From assembly GCA_965223155.1 (NCBI GenBank), contig CBDCVR010000014.1, positions 288,001 through 352,000 on the forward strand: a DNA stretch of 64,000 bases, written 5' to 3'. How positions within the stretch are numbered: position 1 is the first letter of the stretch; each line of letters opens with the position of its first letter. Under the pieces are notes generated by a model. That model made no database searches. It was not told the origin of the DNA and saw only the letters and a program-made list of their open reading frames with translations. Below are positions 62,416-64,000 of this stretch, in pieces. The position numbers were made by a program, and so were the translations under genes. The DNA is from Candidatus Multivoradales bacterium. GTDB taxonomy: Bacteria; Acidobacteriota; Thermoanaerobaculia; Multivoradales; JAHEKO01.

Positions 62416-63977
62416 CGCACCGACCGGGCATCTCGGCTCTCGTCTCCGCCGAGCGCCGAGCGCACGTGCTCGAAGAACTTCCGGACGCTCAGAACAGCCA
62501 GTCCGACGAAGCTCTCGGCGTCGAAGTAGCGGCGCAGATAGGCGGGGAACCGAATGGCGTTGACAACGCCGGATCGGTCTCGATGCCGCCTCAGATAGCG
62601 CCACAGGATCGTTAGAAGCCGTAGCCGGCTGCGCCGCTCGTGAAACTCGACTCGTTCGAACAACGACGCCCGCCGGCGGCCAGGAAGCGCCTCGGCCGGC
62701 AAGCTGACCTCGAGAGCCTCCTTCAGGAACGTCAGCGTCTCGTCCAACACCAGGCTGAGCCGCGCTTCGGACCCGAGCTTCGCCAGCCGCTGCCAATCGA
62801 TAGCGTGGCTCCGAACCAGGAGCGCGGCGTCGAGCGGCCAGCGGAAGCTCGGCGCCTCGATGTCGGCGACGCCGTGAATCAGCGTTTGGAATAGATGATC
62901 GGTAGCGCACAGCGTGCGCGTCTCGATAACCCCGAACGCCAGCGGCACCGAGCCGTCCCAAAACCAGCGATCCGATGCCGAGCCTTGGTGATCCACCAGC
63001 AGATTCCAGTGCAAGTCGAGCTCGAGCCCCTCTCGGAAGCGAAGAATGGTCGAATGCTTGACCTCCACGTCCCGGTTCAGCGTCTCGGTCGTCTGCCAGC
63101 CGCCGGCCTCGAGCGCGGCCACCGCACGGCAGCGGTCGGGCCAACGCACCAGGAGATCGACATCGGCCATCGGCCGGCAGGCGGGCTCCGGATACGCCAG
63201 CCGGGCCAGGGCGCCACCCTTGTGCACCAGCGCGTCGAGCCCCGCACCACCCAGGCAGTCGAGCGCTTCGGTCAGGTGGCGCTCGTGGATCCGAGCCTGC
63301 ATCCAGCTTCTTCGGTAGGCCGCCTTGGCCGGCTCCGCAAGCAGCCCGCCTGAGCTCGTTTCGAGCCCGACCCCGATGTCCTCGAGCTGCCGGTAGAGGA
63401 ACGGTAGGAGCTGGACTGAGCGCCCATCCAAGGCAATCCCGTCGAGCGCCCGCAGTCGCTCGGCAAGCTCCCCAGCACTCTCGGCCAGGCATGCTCGCAA
63501 GAGCCGCTGGTGGCGCTTGTCGGGCAGGTGCCGCGCCCACGCACAGGCGGCGCCGACGGGCCGGGCGGAAGGATTGGGTGCAACGGCTCCGACCGGCGCT
63601 CCAGGCGCGCCCGGAGCAATCGACCGTGGCCTCTGACCCCGTGCGGCCAACCACCGGCCCAAGCGCCGCCTCCACTGAGACCAGGCGCGACCCCACGATC
63701 CGAAGCCGGCGGGTTCTAGGCCACCCGGCGAACCGCCGGCCGCATCGATCTCGGAATCACCCCCGTACGCCTCCTCGAGAAACTGCCGGCTCGGGAAGCC
63801 GATCCACCACGCCCGCCGCGTGCCCGCAAGCCAGCCCGGAGCCGACCCGAGAAGGCCGGCGATTCCCGGCGGCTCGCTCACCCGCACCTCGCGCCACAGC
63901 TGCTCGAAGTCCCGGCGGGACGTCCGCGCGGCCGTATCCGAGGCGGCCAAAACCGCTTCGGGAACCCCCAGTTCCAA
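62412..63977 (-). CDS. Nucleotidyltransferase-family protein (NTP_transf_5-like) with N-terminal extension
   Basis: HKGGALA...RPMADVDLLV...LDLHW; GGAGG RBS before the TTG start. Confidence 0.8.
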   Translation of the reverse strand: MELGVPEAVLAASDTAARTSRRDFEQLWREVRVSEPPGIAGLLGSAPGWLAGTRRAWWIGFPSRQFLEEAYGGDSEIDAAGGSPGGLEPAGFGSWGRAWSQWRRRLGRWLAARGQRPRSIAPGAPGAPVGAVAPNPSARPVGAACAWARHLPDKRHQRLLRACLAESAGELAERLRALDGIALDGRSVQLLPFLYRQLEDIGVGLETSSGGLLAEPAKAAYRRSWMQARIHERHLTEALDCLGGAGLDALVHKGGALARLAYPEPACRPMADVDLLVRWPDRCRAVAALEAGGWQTTETLNRDVEVKHSTILRFREGLELDLHWNLLVDHQGSASDRWFWDGSVPLAFGVIETRTLCATDHLFQTLIHGVADIEAPSFRWPLDAALLVRSHAIDWQRLAKLGSEARLSLVLDETLTFLKEALEVSLPAEALPGRRRASLFERVEFHERRSRLRLLTILWRYLRRHRDRSGVVNAIRFPAYLRRYFDAESFVGLAVLSVRKFFEHVRSALGGDESRDARSVR

Positions 63978-64000
63978 CGAGCCTCCTAGGAACCGGAGCA

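Overview
GC-rich bacterial window. Gene content suggests Acidobacteriota/Thermoanaerobaculia, which is an inference. About 1-55 kb looks like an accreted, decaying genomic-island region anchored at a tRNA-Glu(TTC) (55074-55151, minus strand); 55.3-64 kb is a surface-glycan modification cluster. The left end carries the start of a canonical enediyne core cassette (unbL/E3-unbV/E4-unbU/E5-pksE, running off the window) with a small AraC regulator upstream. The island also holds a CPA2 K+/H+ antiporter, a CreD-like protein and an intact IS1111-type IS110 element whose downstream non-coding RNA visibly encodes guides matching its own insertion site. It further contains a sigma54/two-component-linked cytochrome c-narGHJI-narK-narK locus, a TonB/TetR/acyl-CoA catabolic operon, a kinase-TPR gene split at a (TC)6 tract, many gene fragments, and stacked att sites with integrase remnants. 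The most unusual signals are (i) five ~60-nt hairpin elements with a fixed 43-44-bp GGGGAC...GTCCCC span, covarying stems and G-tract loops, seen only inside two repA pseudogenes; (ii) a readable bridge/seek-RNA target loop; and (iii) a 92-bp four-hairpin mini-element duplicated at the tRNA att site.
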